Assembly (NCBI GenBank): GCA_022605425.2
Contig: CM061252.1
Coordinates: forward strand, 248,001 to 312,000
Origin: Hamiltosporidium tvaerminnensis FI-OER-3-3
Lineage: Eukaryota > Fungi > Microsporidia
Direction: 5' to 3'
DNA: 64,000 nt
A model generated the notes under the pieces. The model was given only the letters and a program-made list of their open reading frames with translations, made no database searches and was not told the origin of the DNA. This document shows positions 1 to 11,218 of the stretch, one piece after another. The position numbers and the translations under genes are program-made. How positions within the stretch are numbered: the first letter of the stretch is position 1; each line of letters starts with the position of its first letter.

Positions 1-2557
1 AATTCAGATTATTCGAATATTCTATCGATAAAAGTGATCGTTTTAAGAAAAAAATATTGAAAATTTATTTACGATGATGGCAATTTTATATTTTTAATTT
101 CTATAATCAAATAAAAAAACCATGAGAATTTCTAACTATTAAATGAACATTCCATTAATTTTTTTATTGGAATTTTGTAAATTACACAAAATTCTTATTA
201 TTAAACACATTGATGGTTTTTTATTTGATATATTACATGTTAAAAAGGAGTATTACTAAATAAAAGTGAAGAAGTAACGATTAAAACAAAATTCTGAACA
301 ACTTGCTTTAAATTTCATGTTTTTATATATGAAATTTCAATTAAATGACAAAATATTTGTTCATGATAGAAATTAGTAGTAGTTCTGCGCAACAAATCAA
401 ACTAAAAAAATATTCTCTATCAAAATATTAATATTTTTTAGAAATTCCAATCAACTTTGAATGAAAATGTAGAAGTAAAGCAAACCATTCTTGTACTTCA
501 AATTTTCTTGCATTTATATAGCTTTAAACATCTTTTTATTCTTATAAATCTGGATTTACGTCTTAAAACCATCTACAATTCTATATACATACAGAATTGA
601 TATATTATTTGTCTTTTATATAATATAGTTTAAAACCAATTTTGTCAAAGGAACACTTCAAATATAACAAAAAGATTATAAGATTATAGGTTGAAAAAAG
701 TACAGAGCTGCTGTTGTAGAAATACCAAGGTTTAGATTAAACTCTATTGTAGAATTAGATAAAACACTACTATTCTTTCTATTTAAGATACATTAAAATA
801 GTATTTGCAATTGTCTAAACATATTATTAAATATATTATAAAAAAAAATTATGTCTAGTTTAACAATCTATTAACTTCACACAAAATTATCTCGAAATTA
901 TTAAAGTAAACATATGATATCACAGTAGTGATAAATATAAATTATTGGTTTGTTTTTTGAAGCTAAAACTGTTTCTAAAACCTCTTATAAGTCTATTGAT
1001 GTATTATTCATAAATCAAAATTTTAATCTAAATGAAAATTTTGGTTTCTAAGATTTTTTATTCAAATATTAGATTGGGTAATATCAATTTCTAATAAATG
1101 TTTATCAGTGCATAGGCTTTTTCAATACAGTATATTATACCTTCTTCATATGAGTTTTCTTATTTCCTATGAAAACAATAACTTAAGTTTTCCTCTTTTG
1201 CGTTCGAAAACCAGGTTAGCATTGCTTGTTTGACTTTCTAAATCTGATTATTCTAGGGTTGACAATTATAAATCCCGTAAGATTAAAACAGTATAGGTTT
1301 TATTGGATAAAAATACTCTAAAGTTTTTAGTTAACGAACCATATTGACTTTAATGAAATATCTCGAGGCCAAGAACTCATGAAATTTTAGATCAATTTAC
1401 GAAAACCTAGTTCCTCAAAGGTTGTAGTTAATATTTTTGAATGAAATCTTAAAAGTCGCGTACAGATGTTTAAAAATAAAAATTTCTAGAAAATATTTTC
1501 AAGAAGAAATAGTCAAAGGTATTATTAGATTTCTAATGGTCACATTGAAACATAAAAAAAAGCACATTTTTAAATTTGATCGTGGTTTTATTTCCGCTTT
1601 AGGCATTCCTCTGTGCAAAAAAAAATGCTTTAAACTGAAATTCAAAAAAAATATTTACAGTTTTAAATTAATACCAAAGCCTCTGAAGTCATTATCGAAA
1701 ATATCCTTTGAAGATTTAACTCCGAATTTTCACAAATTATGAATTGAAAATCACAACTACACCAATCTTATTAACAATTAATTTTGCTCCACATTTTTCA
1801 TTGTTTTATTTTGTGAAGTTATTCATATTATTTTATGACTTTTTAAAAAACCGGTACGGCTCGTATATAACTACACATAAGTCATACTTGGAGACTCTAG
1901 TGTTATAGTATTATTCTTTTTAATTTTTATCAAATTCTAAACAAATATCTATTTTTCAAATTATAATTCTAAATTTGATGTCAACAGTTTGTAAGTTAAT
2001 TTCATTTTTTTTTCTTTAGAAGCAATTAATTTTCTAAGAAAATCATTTTATAAGAACAAATACCCAAAACTAATATTAAAGTATGATAAATGTACCGTTC
2101 ATAATAATATTGTCATATAATTATACTTTTGTAGAAGTAAATATAAATAATTACATTTCTATTTAAATATACTCATTTAATAATTTTCGAGGTTTCTAAA
2201 AATATAATAAACAAGACTAGTTTTATTATGTGAATTTTTATATATATTAGGATTAGATTAGACAACCACTGTTTATTTTAAATATATGATTTGAAAAATT
2301 ATTTATTTGAAACTAGTAATTTTGATGTTACTGTGATATATTTTTTAAAAAAAAGAAATTATTTTATCAAATTTTTTGAATATTTTTTTCATTTTAATTT
2401 GTAATTAAAATATTTTAAAAAGTGATATAATCATGATAGACAATACCATTTATAGATTCAATAATTTTTTAAAAAAAGAAAAACGTTGGTAAGAAATAAA
2501 TATGATAATTAAAAAGATAATTAAAAAACTATTTTGATAGAAAATTAGATTAAATAT

Positions 2558-2799
2558 AAAAGTAAGAAAAGACAAACAGAAAAATGCTTTTTTAAAAATA
2601 TAAAATCAAATTTTATTCTTTAATTCAATGTATATTAAAAGTAAGAAAAGACAAACAGAAAAATGCTTTTTTAAAAATATAAAATCAAATTTTATTCTTT
2701 AATTCAATGTATATTAAAAGTAAGAAAAGACAAACAGAAAAATGCTTTTTTAAAAATATAAAATCAAATTTTATTCTTTAATTCAATGTATATTAAAAG
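2558..2799. repeat. Tandem repeat, 79-bp unit x3
   Basis: AGTAAGAAAAGACAAACAGAAAAATGC... starts at 2561, 2640 and 2719; copies look identical. Confidence 0.95.
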
Positions 2800-4999
2800 A
2801 AAAGTGACTCAAATATAAAAAATGCCATTATAGTATTTAAAATTTATACTTTATTTTTGAAATGAATGATAAAAATATTACTTTGGCAACTAAAAATAGA
2901 ATGAAGATAATATTGTATGTAGTATCTTACTCATCTTTATATTTATAATATAAAGAACGTGTTAAGCCAAAATATTGTAAAAAACAAAAAATTTATATAT
3001 TAAAGGATTTTGTTTAGATCTTTATTTTTTCAAAAAAAGTCATACCTACCTATTTCTTCTTATGTTTTGTATTGCTGTATTTTAGTTTTTTTGTGTCTTA
3101 TCTAAATCAAAAATAATATTCTAAATTTTGAGAAGGTACATCATTTTTGTTTTTTTAACAAAATTTAGACTTTAAAACTATGAATTAATGTTAATCGTTT
3201 CTCCTCTAATTTTAATTTGCCGTTGGATATGAAATATTCTGTTCGCATCTTCTAGTGTATCCTCTCCCTTGTCTTTAACCATATTTGCTTACGTTAATCT
3301 TCTTATTTTATTCAAATTTATAAATTTAAAGATTTTCATAAAATTCTACCTGATGAATTAAGGTATAATTGGCTCTTTTTGGCTTATACAGTCAAATTCA
3401 GTGGCATTTTAGGATACATCATATGAAGAGAAGTGCCTAAAAAATTATAAAAGCCTTTTAAAAAGATACACTTGGGCGTACAAATATATCGATTCTTCAA
3501 TATTCTTTATTTCCTGAATGATCTTCTAATATTAAATTCTAATTCCGAATTTACAAAACTCAATTCTTTTGTTACTATTAATTCAAAATAAGAAAAAATT
3601 CCCTTCAATTTCGATTTTAAATCAATCCTCTATCTGGGTGTCTAATTATAGTTCTAAATGCTTGTTTATAAATCTTATTGACCTGAATGCTCCTAATCAT
3701 TATAAAGACCTAATTTACACTTTCAAGAGAATTATACAAGTATCTAAGAGTTTGGGAAAATCATCTGAAGTTATATCTGTAATTTTTCATATGTGTATCC
3801 TAATATTAACCACTCTCTTGAATGTGCCAATGCCTAAATTTTATATATCAGCATAATGCATACTTTCTCATGTTTAACTTATTATAGGACTAACACAGAA
3901 ACTGATGGTTATAAATTTTAAACTTCTTATGAGTCAGATATACCATAAATTTTATTCCAGCGTTATATAACTTTGAATGTTAGGATACATCTGTTTTTTG
4001 AAAGTAAAGTTCGAGTATTATTCTTATTAAACATTATTCGTTTATCCTTATTTCTAAACTATATCGGATTTCAAAACAAGCTTTTTATATTACGTATTCA
4101 CTTCAAATATTTTTTCACATTTTAGAAGTACTTTATTTGTTGATATTTTTTTAATCTATTCCGCAGAGAAGTCTAAGATTCTTCAAATTTTATTTCCATT
4201 CAAAAAAGCGTAGAGTAATTCCGGGGGCTAACGTAGGTTGGTACAAATTTTTCTAAATCCAGGTTTATAAACACTATTCTCACATTATACACTCACATAT
4301 TATATCATATGGAATTAAAGAGGATACTGTGTAAGTTTTAATTACTGAAAAATAAAACTCGTAACTAATAGTTTTGATTTTTGTCAAATCTAATAGTACA
4401 TTATTCTTTTTAGAGATCCGCGGGCTATTTCAACTTTAAAAGACGTTTTCCCCCCTATACTATAACCATTGTTTCTCTTAAAATCGCCATTTTTCCCATT
4501 TTAAGTAATTTCTATTTTAAAAAAAGTAACCTGGAGCAACAAAAATTTCAAATATTATCACCTTTAATCATTTATCTCATCAATACAATTTTAAGAAACT
4601 AAAAGATTTTTCGGTATTTATAACTTATTTAACCTTCAAATACAAGTAAATCAGGTTTACATTTTAATCAGAGATGATTTACGCTATGAAAACTGCTTCT
4701 TAAAATATAAATATATTTGTCCATTCCTTATAAAAAAAATATTAAAAAAATCTTACAATTAAAATAATTGATATGCATCTCCTTACAATATTTCTTTATA
4801 ATTTACTTATTCATGATTTTTTCAGGCCCTACTGATATATCAATTTTCAGTTTTTACTTCAAAAATTTAATATTTGAGTATAAAACTAGCAAACCAGATA
4901 TTTTCAATATATTTTACTAAAACAGAACAAAATATTAAATAATAGTTTTCTCCCACAATTATATGTTGCCTTAAAATTGTTCCCATACTCTTAATTTAC

Positions 5000-5270
5000 C
5001 ATAATATTTCCTTATAAATATATAACCTATTTATCAACCAAATATTAAATCCAATTGATTCATTTTTTTATAAAAAAACACATAATTTTTAATTTAATTA
5101 ATATCACCTATTATCAACCAAATATAAAATCTAATTGATTCATTTTTTTATAAAAAAACACATAATATTTCCTTATAAATATCACCTATTTATCAACCAA
5201 ATATTAAATCCAATTGATTCATTTTTTTATAAAAAAAACACATAATTTTTAATTTAATTAATATCACCAA
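5000..5270. repeat. Imperfect tandem repeat (~80-bp subunits) downstream of muskelin
   Basis: TTATCAACCAAATAT..AATC.AATTGATTCATTTTTT..AAAAAAACACATAAT occurs three times. Confidence 0.8.
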
Positions 5271-5417
5271 AATACAATAAAATATAAAATTTTATATTTT
5301 AATATCTCACCACAGACACTATCTATACAAACACACATCATTATTACACACCACACATCAGATACAATAACACAAAACATTATCTAAACCAAATACCTGA
5401 AACATCACAAACACTAT

Positions 5418-8400
5418 CTACACAAAGTCCTCAATATTTTCACTCGGCATACACATAGATTTATTAAAATATAAACCAATCTCTTCAATAACTTCACACA
5501 CACTAACAGACCGTACAGGTTTATATATCTCACAACACAACCTCCTAAACTCACCAACCATCTCGTTATCACTATGATCCACACACTCAAACACCTCACT
5601 TCTCAAATACTTCAACGCTTCTTCTATACTCTCACCCAACAGACACATAAATTTATATTTTCGTATCAGAAACACAATTCTCACTTTTATTTTTTCCATT
5701 TCTATTCCCTTCATCTTCATCCTCCACATATCAGAAACCCTTTTGTCTCCATTTTCTGTACTCACATTACCTCCATACAAATAATATGAATCAGTATCTT
5801 TATCATATATAAATACATGTGCACTCCTAGCCTTCGGTACCTTATCTTTACCACCAACACACATATTATTTCTATCCTTATCACACCTACCCTGTTTATC
5901 TCTTACATACCGTTTATCCTTATTATATTTACCATACCTACCTCTAATATACTCTCTATCATCTATATCCCCTAGTTTATCTATATCCTCTAGTTTATCT
6001 CTATCCAATCCATCTCTATCCAATCTATCTCCATCTCTACTATCTATAATATCTCCACCTTCATATATATCATACAATTCATCTTCAATCTCACACTTAC
6101 ACCACCTCCCATCTTCTAACTTATACACATACACATCCATACACTCCTCAACCCAATTACTAACCAAACACACAATCTCCCCTCTTCCATTCAACACACT
6201 TCGAACCACCACCCTATCATCACCACCTATAAAATTCATATCAACTACATCATACACACTATCACTCTCTATCTTATAAAATGTCATTGATTTAAATATC
6301 TCTTTACCTCTCTGTCCCCCTATTATAACTAAACTATCATCATAATCTTTTAATAATAATTTTACTGCTCTCTTAACCTCCCCATACTCCACAAAATTAC
6401 CAAACAAGCAAGAATTATCACAAGAAAAGATATTAGTATTAGTAGTGTTATTATTAGTATTGGTATTAGTATTAGTATAGGTGTTATTATTAGTATTAGT
6501 ATCAGTGTTATTATTATTAGCATTATTAGATAGATTAGTACCAGTATTATTATTAGTATTATTATTAGATAGATTAGTATTATTAGATAGATTAGTATTA
6601 TTATTAGATAGATTAATATCAGTATTATCAGTGTTATTTTCAGTATTGGATTCGTTAGTACCAGTAGTAATAATAAGGTTATTATCAGTATTAGTAGTAA
6701 TAAGCTTACTACTATCCTTATCCATATCCTCAAAATCATATCCATTCATACTACTAATACTACTACTATATCCCTTAGGTATATATATAACACTATGTCC
6801 TACTCTACCTCTAATCCAAGGTGTAAACTCAGGTTGTTCATTATCATTCCTTATACATCTCCATTTCTTACTTATAATTTCATATAAATATAACCCAGAA
6901 TATCCTTGTGTATCATTTAACATAGATCTACCTCCATATATAAAGAAAGAAGGTGTTATTTTATTATAAAATATCATTTGATGGTCATATATATTATCAG
7001 GTCTAGTAGTATAAGTAGTAATGGGGGTGTTAGTATAAGTAGGGGTGTTATTATTACTACTGGTAGATAAAGGGGTGTTATTACTACTATTACTGCTACT
7101 GTTATTTATAGGGGTGTTATTTACTGTTCTGGTAGATAAAGGGGTGTTACTACTATTACTACTACTATAATAACTACTACTGTTACTAACACCCTGTAAA
7201 GAATCAGTACTACTACTATTACTACTAACAGGGTGTTGTCTACTAGATATACTAATACTGTTATTAACAGGGTGTTGTCTACTATTACTGTTACTATCAC
7301 CCTGTTGTCTAGTAATACTACTACTATCACCCTGTTGTCTACTAATACTACTGTTACTACTACTATCACCCTGTTGTCTACTATTACTACTACTACTATC
7401 ACCCTGTTGTCTACTAATACTGTTATTACTACTACTATCACCCTGTTGTCTACTATTACTACTACTATCACCCTGTTGTCTACTATCCCCCTCACCCTCT
7501 GTTTCCCATCTATCACTCTTAATATCATATCTATACATATCACTAGATAACCATGTAGATTCTCTTTGATATTCTGTAGGTAAATATCTACCTAACACAT
7601 ATATACTATCATTTAAAGGATTAATACACATTTTATGACAACTTCTTCTTCCAGGACCATTCTGTGTTTTAGTATTAGTACTTAACAGATACCAGGGGGA
7701 GGTATTAACATTGTTGTTAGTATTTGAGTTATTATTGTTTATGCAAATATTAGGGTTAGGGTTGGGGTTAGTATTGTTAATAGTATTGTTTATGCACATA
7801 TTAGGGTTAGGATTAGGGTTAGTATTGGGGTTGTAAATAGTAGTACCATTGTTTATGCACATATTAGGGTTAGTGTTAGGGTTAGGGTTATCTATGCTAT
7901 TATCCTTATTAGTATTAACATTATAATCCTTAATATCTTTACAACTACCACCCCCACTATCATACCCCTCCTCATCACCTTTAATCCTATACCTCCACAT
8001 ATCACATAACTCTTGTGTACCATTCCATCCACCATACATATACAAATACCCTTTATGTATAACACCATGATGTCCTCCTCTAGAACCTGGCCATATTTCT
8101 TTATAAGGTATTTTATACCATATAATCTTATAACCTGTTTTATTTATATAATCTTTAAAATATTTACAGTTTTTTATATTTTTTATTAAATATTCAGCTT
8201 CTTTAAATTTCTTGTTATTTAAATGTGAGTATAGAGTAGAGAGAAGGGGGTGTTGTAGTTGTATGTTAAAGGGGTTGGTGTATGAGTTAGTGTTATTAGT
8301 ATTTTTAGTGTTGTTAAGAGGGTGTTGTTTGTTAGTACTGTTATTAAGAGGGTCTAAGTTACTAGTACTGTTAACACCCTGTTGTTTATCAGTACTGTTA

Positions 8401-9617
8401 TTAAGAGGGTGTTGTTTATTAGTACTGTTACTAAGAGGGTCTAAGTTACTAGATAAATTGTTAACACCCTTTATATTACTATCCTTTATACCATCACCCT
8501 TTATATTACTACTACTATTATCACCCTTTATATCACTAGTACTATTATCACCCTTTATATCACTAGTACTATCATTATCACCCTTTATATCACTAGTACT
8601 ATTATCACCCTTTATATCACTAGTACTATTATTATCACCCTTTATATCACTAGTACTATCATTATCACCCTTTATATCACTAGTACTATTATTATCACCC
8701 TTTATATCACTAGTACTATCATTATCACCCTTTATATCACTAGTACTATAGTTATTACCCTTTATATCACTATCCTTTATACTATCACCCTTTATATCAC
8801 TAGTACTATTGTTATCACCCTTTATATCACACCCTATATCATTATCACCCCTTACACTATCCCTACTAATATCACCAAAACCTTTTACTTCATTCCTCTG
8901 TAAATACTTAAGAATAAGACGTACAGATTGATACTGTTTATATTGTAACTGTAAAGGTATAACACATTTACACATATCTATACCATATAACCCTATAAAC
9001 CATATAGAATAATTAAAATTCATTCCCCATGCTTGTAAAGGTATTATTTTTATATATCTTGTTAATATAAAAGTATTTTTATTTGTTACTTTTAATAAAA
9101 AAGTTTCTTTTTCAGTATCATTGTACAGAGAAGTATGTAATACTTCAATAAAAGGAAGACTAAAAATATCTTTGTTTATGCAAATATTAGGGTTAGGGTT
9201 AGTATTGTTTATGCATGTATTAGGGTTAGGGTTAGGGTTAGTTATATGATATGTGTTAGTATTACTAGTATTATTATCCTTACTAGTATCTCTACTATCC
9301 TTACTAAAATAATTACTAGTATCCTTACTATTATTACCACCATCTACCCTGAAGGGTGATGATAGTACCTTTATCTCTTTAACATTACAAACATGTATCT
9401 TACTAAACTTACCAAAAGTAATACTTGTAACAATAGTAGGTTTATTAAGTTCAAGTATAAGATATTGTTTTTGATCATTTGAAGATGAAGACCATCTTGA
9501 TGTAGGATCGTGTGGTAAGTCTGTTTTTATATTTGAAGGGTAATATGTTGATGAGTATGATGAGTATGAGTGTATTGTGTAGTCTATTTTGTGGGAAAGG
9601 AAACGATTTGTAAACAT
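5418..9617 (-). CDS. MKLN1: Muskelin (discoidin-like N-terminus, LisH/CTLH region, kelch repeats) with long low-complexity insertions, 1399 aa
   Basis: N-terminal YSSYSSTYYPSNI...SRWSS...QYLILELNKPTIVTSITFGKFSKIHVCN and YIKIIPLQAWGMNFNYSIW match muskelin; kelch motifs WPGSRGGH, YMYGGWNG..ELCDMW, GPGRRSCHKM, DHQM, RVGHS, ARSAH; CCCC motif upstream of ATG. Confidence 0.93.
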   Translation of the reverse strand: MFTNRFLSHKIDYTIHSYSSYSSTYYPSNIKTDLPHDPTSRWSSSSNDQKQYLILELNKPTIVTSITFGKFSKIHVCNVKEIKVLSSPFRVDGGNNSKDTSNYFSKDSRDTSKDNNTSNTNTYHITNPNPNPNTCINNTNPNPNICINKDIFSLPFIEVLHTSLYNDTEKETFLLKVTNKNTFILTRYIKIIPLQAWGMNFNYSIWFIGLYGIDMCKCVIPLQLQYKQYQSVRLILKYLQRNEVKGFGDISRDSVRGDNDIGCDIKGDNNSTSDIKGDSIKDSDIKGNNYSTSDIKGDNDSTSDIKGDNNSTSDIKGDNDSTSDIKGDNNSTSDIKGDNSTSDIKGDNDSTSDIKGDNSTSDIKGDNSSSNIKGDGIKDSNIKGVNNLSSNLDPLSNSTNKQHPLNNSTDKQQGVNSTSNLDPLNNSTNKQHPLNNTKNTNNTNSYTNPFNIQLQHPLLSTLYSHLNNKKFKEAEYLIKNIKNCKYFKDYINKTGYKIIWYKIPYKEIWPGSRGGHHGVIHKGYLYMYGGWNGTQELCDMWRYRIKGDEEGYDSGGGSCKDIKDYNVNTNKDNSIDNPNPNTNPNMCINNGTTIYNPNTNPNPNPNMCINNTINNTNPNPNPNICINNNNSNTNNNVNTSPWYLLSTNTKTQNGPGRRSCHKMCINPLNDSIYVLGRYLPTEYQRESTWLSSDMYRYDIKSDRWETEGEGDSRQQGDSSSNSRQQGDSSSNNSISRQQGDSSSSNSRQQGDSSSNSSISRQQGDSSSITRQQGDSNSNSRQHPVNNSISISSRQHPVSSNSSSTDSLQGVSNSSSYYSSSNSSNTPLSTRTVNNTPINNSSSNSSNNTPLSTSSNNNTPTYTNTPITTYTTRPDNIYDHQMIFYNKITPSFFIYGGRSMLNDTQGYSGLYLYEIISKKWRCIRNDNEQPEFTPWIRGRVGHSVIYIPKGYSSSISSMNGYDFEDMDKDSSKLITTNTDNNLIITTGTNESNTENNTDNTDINLSNNNTNLSNNTNLSNNNTNNNTGTNLSNNANNNNTDTNTNNNTYTNTNTNTNNNTTNTNIFSCDNSCLFGNFVEYGEVKRAVKLLLKDYDDSLVIIGGQRGKEIFKSMTFYKIESDSVYDVVDMNFIGGDDRVVVRSVLNGRGEIVCLVSNWVEECMDVYVYKLEDGRWCKCEIEDELYDIYEGGDIIDSRDGDRLDRDGLDRDKLEDIDKLGDIDDREYIRGRYGKYNKDKRYVRDKQGRCDKDRNNMCVGGKDKVPKARSAHVFIYDKDTDSYYLYGGNVSTENGDKRVSDMWRMKMKGIEMEKIKVRIVFLIRKYKFMCLLGESIEEALKYLRSEVFECVDHSDNEMVGEFRRLCCEIYKPVRSVSVCEVIEEIGLYFNKSMCMPSENIEDFV
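7240..7490 (-). repeat. Coding minisatellite in muskelin (RQQGDSSS repeats)
   Basis: ATCACCCTGTTGTCTACT unit repeated ~6 times, in frame. Confidence 0.9.
8460..8860 (-). repeat. Coding minisatellite in muskelin (DIKGDNxSTS repeats, 27-30 bp)
   Basis: TATCACCCTTTATATCACTAGTACT unit repeated ~13 times, in frame. Confidence 0.92.
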
Positions 9618-9719
9618 TTTGTTTTAAAAGGGGTGGGGGATATAAATATAATAATGTTAGAGATATAGTGTTAGAGATATAATGTTAGAGATATAGTGTT
9701 AGGGATAGTATTTGTAAGG

Positions 9720-11055
9720 TAAGTAGAGTAAAGGGTGTTGGGGATAGTATTTGTAGGGTTAGTATTAATAAAGGGTGTTACTTATAATTATAGTAGAGTA
9801 AAGGGTGTTAAATAACTTTTAGTATATTGTTTAAGTTAAAGGGTGTTACTTATAAGTTTATTAGGTAAAGGGGTGTTACTTATAAGTATAGTAGAGTAAA
9901 GGGTGTTAAATAACTTTTAGTATATTGTTTAAGTTAAAGGGTGTTACTTATAAGTATAGTAGAGTAAAGGGTGTTAAATAACTTTTAGTATATTGTTTAA
10001 GTTAAAGGGTGTTACTTATAAGTATAGTAGAGTAAAGGGGTGTTACTTATAAGTATAGTAGAGTAAAGGGTGTTAAATAACTTTTAGTATATTGTTTAAG
10101 TTAAAGGGTGTTACTTATAAGTTTATTAGGTAAAGGGGTGTTACTTATAAGTATAGTAGAGTAAAGGGTGTTAAATAACTTTTAGTATATTGTTTAAGTT
10201 AAAGGGTGTTACTTATAAGTATAGTAGAGTAAAGGGTGTTAAATAACTTTTAGTATATTGTTTAAGTTAAAGGGTGTTACTTATAAGTTTATTAGGTAAA
10301 GGGGTGTTACTTATAAGTATAGTAGAGTAAAGGGTGTTAAATAACTTTTAGTATATTGTTTAAGTTAAAGGGTGTTACTTATAAGTATAGTAGAGTAAAG
10401 GGTGTTAAATAACTTTTAGTATATTGTTTAAGTTAAAGGGTGTTACTTATAAGTTTATTAGGTAAAGGGGTGTTACTTATAAAGGGTGTTACTTATAATT
10501 ATAGTAGAGTAAAGGGTGTTAAATAACTTTTAGTATATTATTTAAGTTAAAGGGTGTTACTTATAAGTATAGTAGAGTAAAGGGTGTTACTTATAAGTAT
10601 AGTAGAGTAAAGGGTGTTACTTATAATTATAGTAGAGTAAAGGGTGTTAAATAACTTTTAGTATATTGTTTAAGTTAAAGGGTGTTACTTATAAGTATAG
10701 TAGAGTAAAGGGTGTTAAATAACTTTTAGTATATTGTTTAAGTTAAAGGGTGTTACTTATAAGTATAGTAGAGTAAAGGATGTTAAATAACTTTTAGTAT
10801 ATTGTTTAAGGTAAAGGGTGTTACTTATAAGTATAGTAGGGTAAAGGGGTGTTACTTATAAGTATAGTAGGGTAAAGGGTGTTAAATAACTTTTAGTATA
10901 TTATTTAAGTTAAAGGGTGTTACTTATAAGTATAGTAGAGTAAAGGGGTGTTACTTATAAGTATAGTAGAGTAAAGGGTGTTAAATAACTTGTAGTATAT
11001 TATTTAAGTTAAAGGGTGTTACTTATAAGTATAGTAGAGTAAAGGGGTGTTAAAT
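9720..11055. repeat. Compound minisatellite built on TAAAGGGTGTTA, between divergent genes
   Basis: Alternating ~29-36 bp subunits (GGGTGTTACTTATAAGTATAGTAGAGTAAA, GGGTGTTAAATAACTTTTAGTATATTGTTTAAGTTAAA, GGGTGTTACTTATAAGTTTATTAGGTAAAG) over ~1.3 kb. Confidence 0.95.
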
Positions 11056-11218
11056 AGGTTATAATACCCCTCTAACCCTATAATAACCCCATAATACCCC
11101 TCTAACCCTATAATAACCGTATACCCCTCTATACTATAACACTCTACCTTCTAACTATTACCTTAATTAACAAATTTAAAATATTAAATAAAAAACATAA
11201 AAATATATTTCCCTTAAA

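Noticed and set aside
100-4950. Possible decayed LRR-family or secreted genes (also 15.9-19 kb, 36-41 kb, 51-52.2 kb)
   Set aside because: Coding-like texture but too many stops to assign frame, boundaries or family by eye
6362-8751. Hydrophobic Leu/Val/Ile-rich ORFs (6362, 6481, 7121, 7233, 8212)
   Set aside because: Shadow frames of muskelin low-complexity repeats
9720-11055. CRISPR-like constant repeat with intervening segments
   Set aside because: The intervening segments are only three recurring sequences, not unique spacers; no cas genes; eukaryotic context
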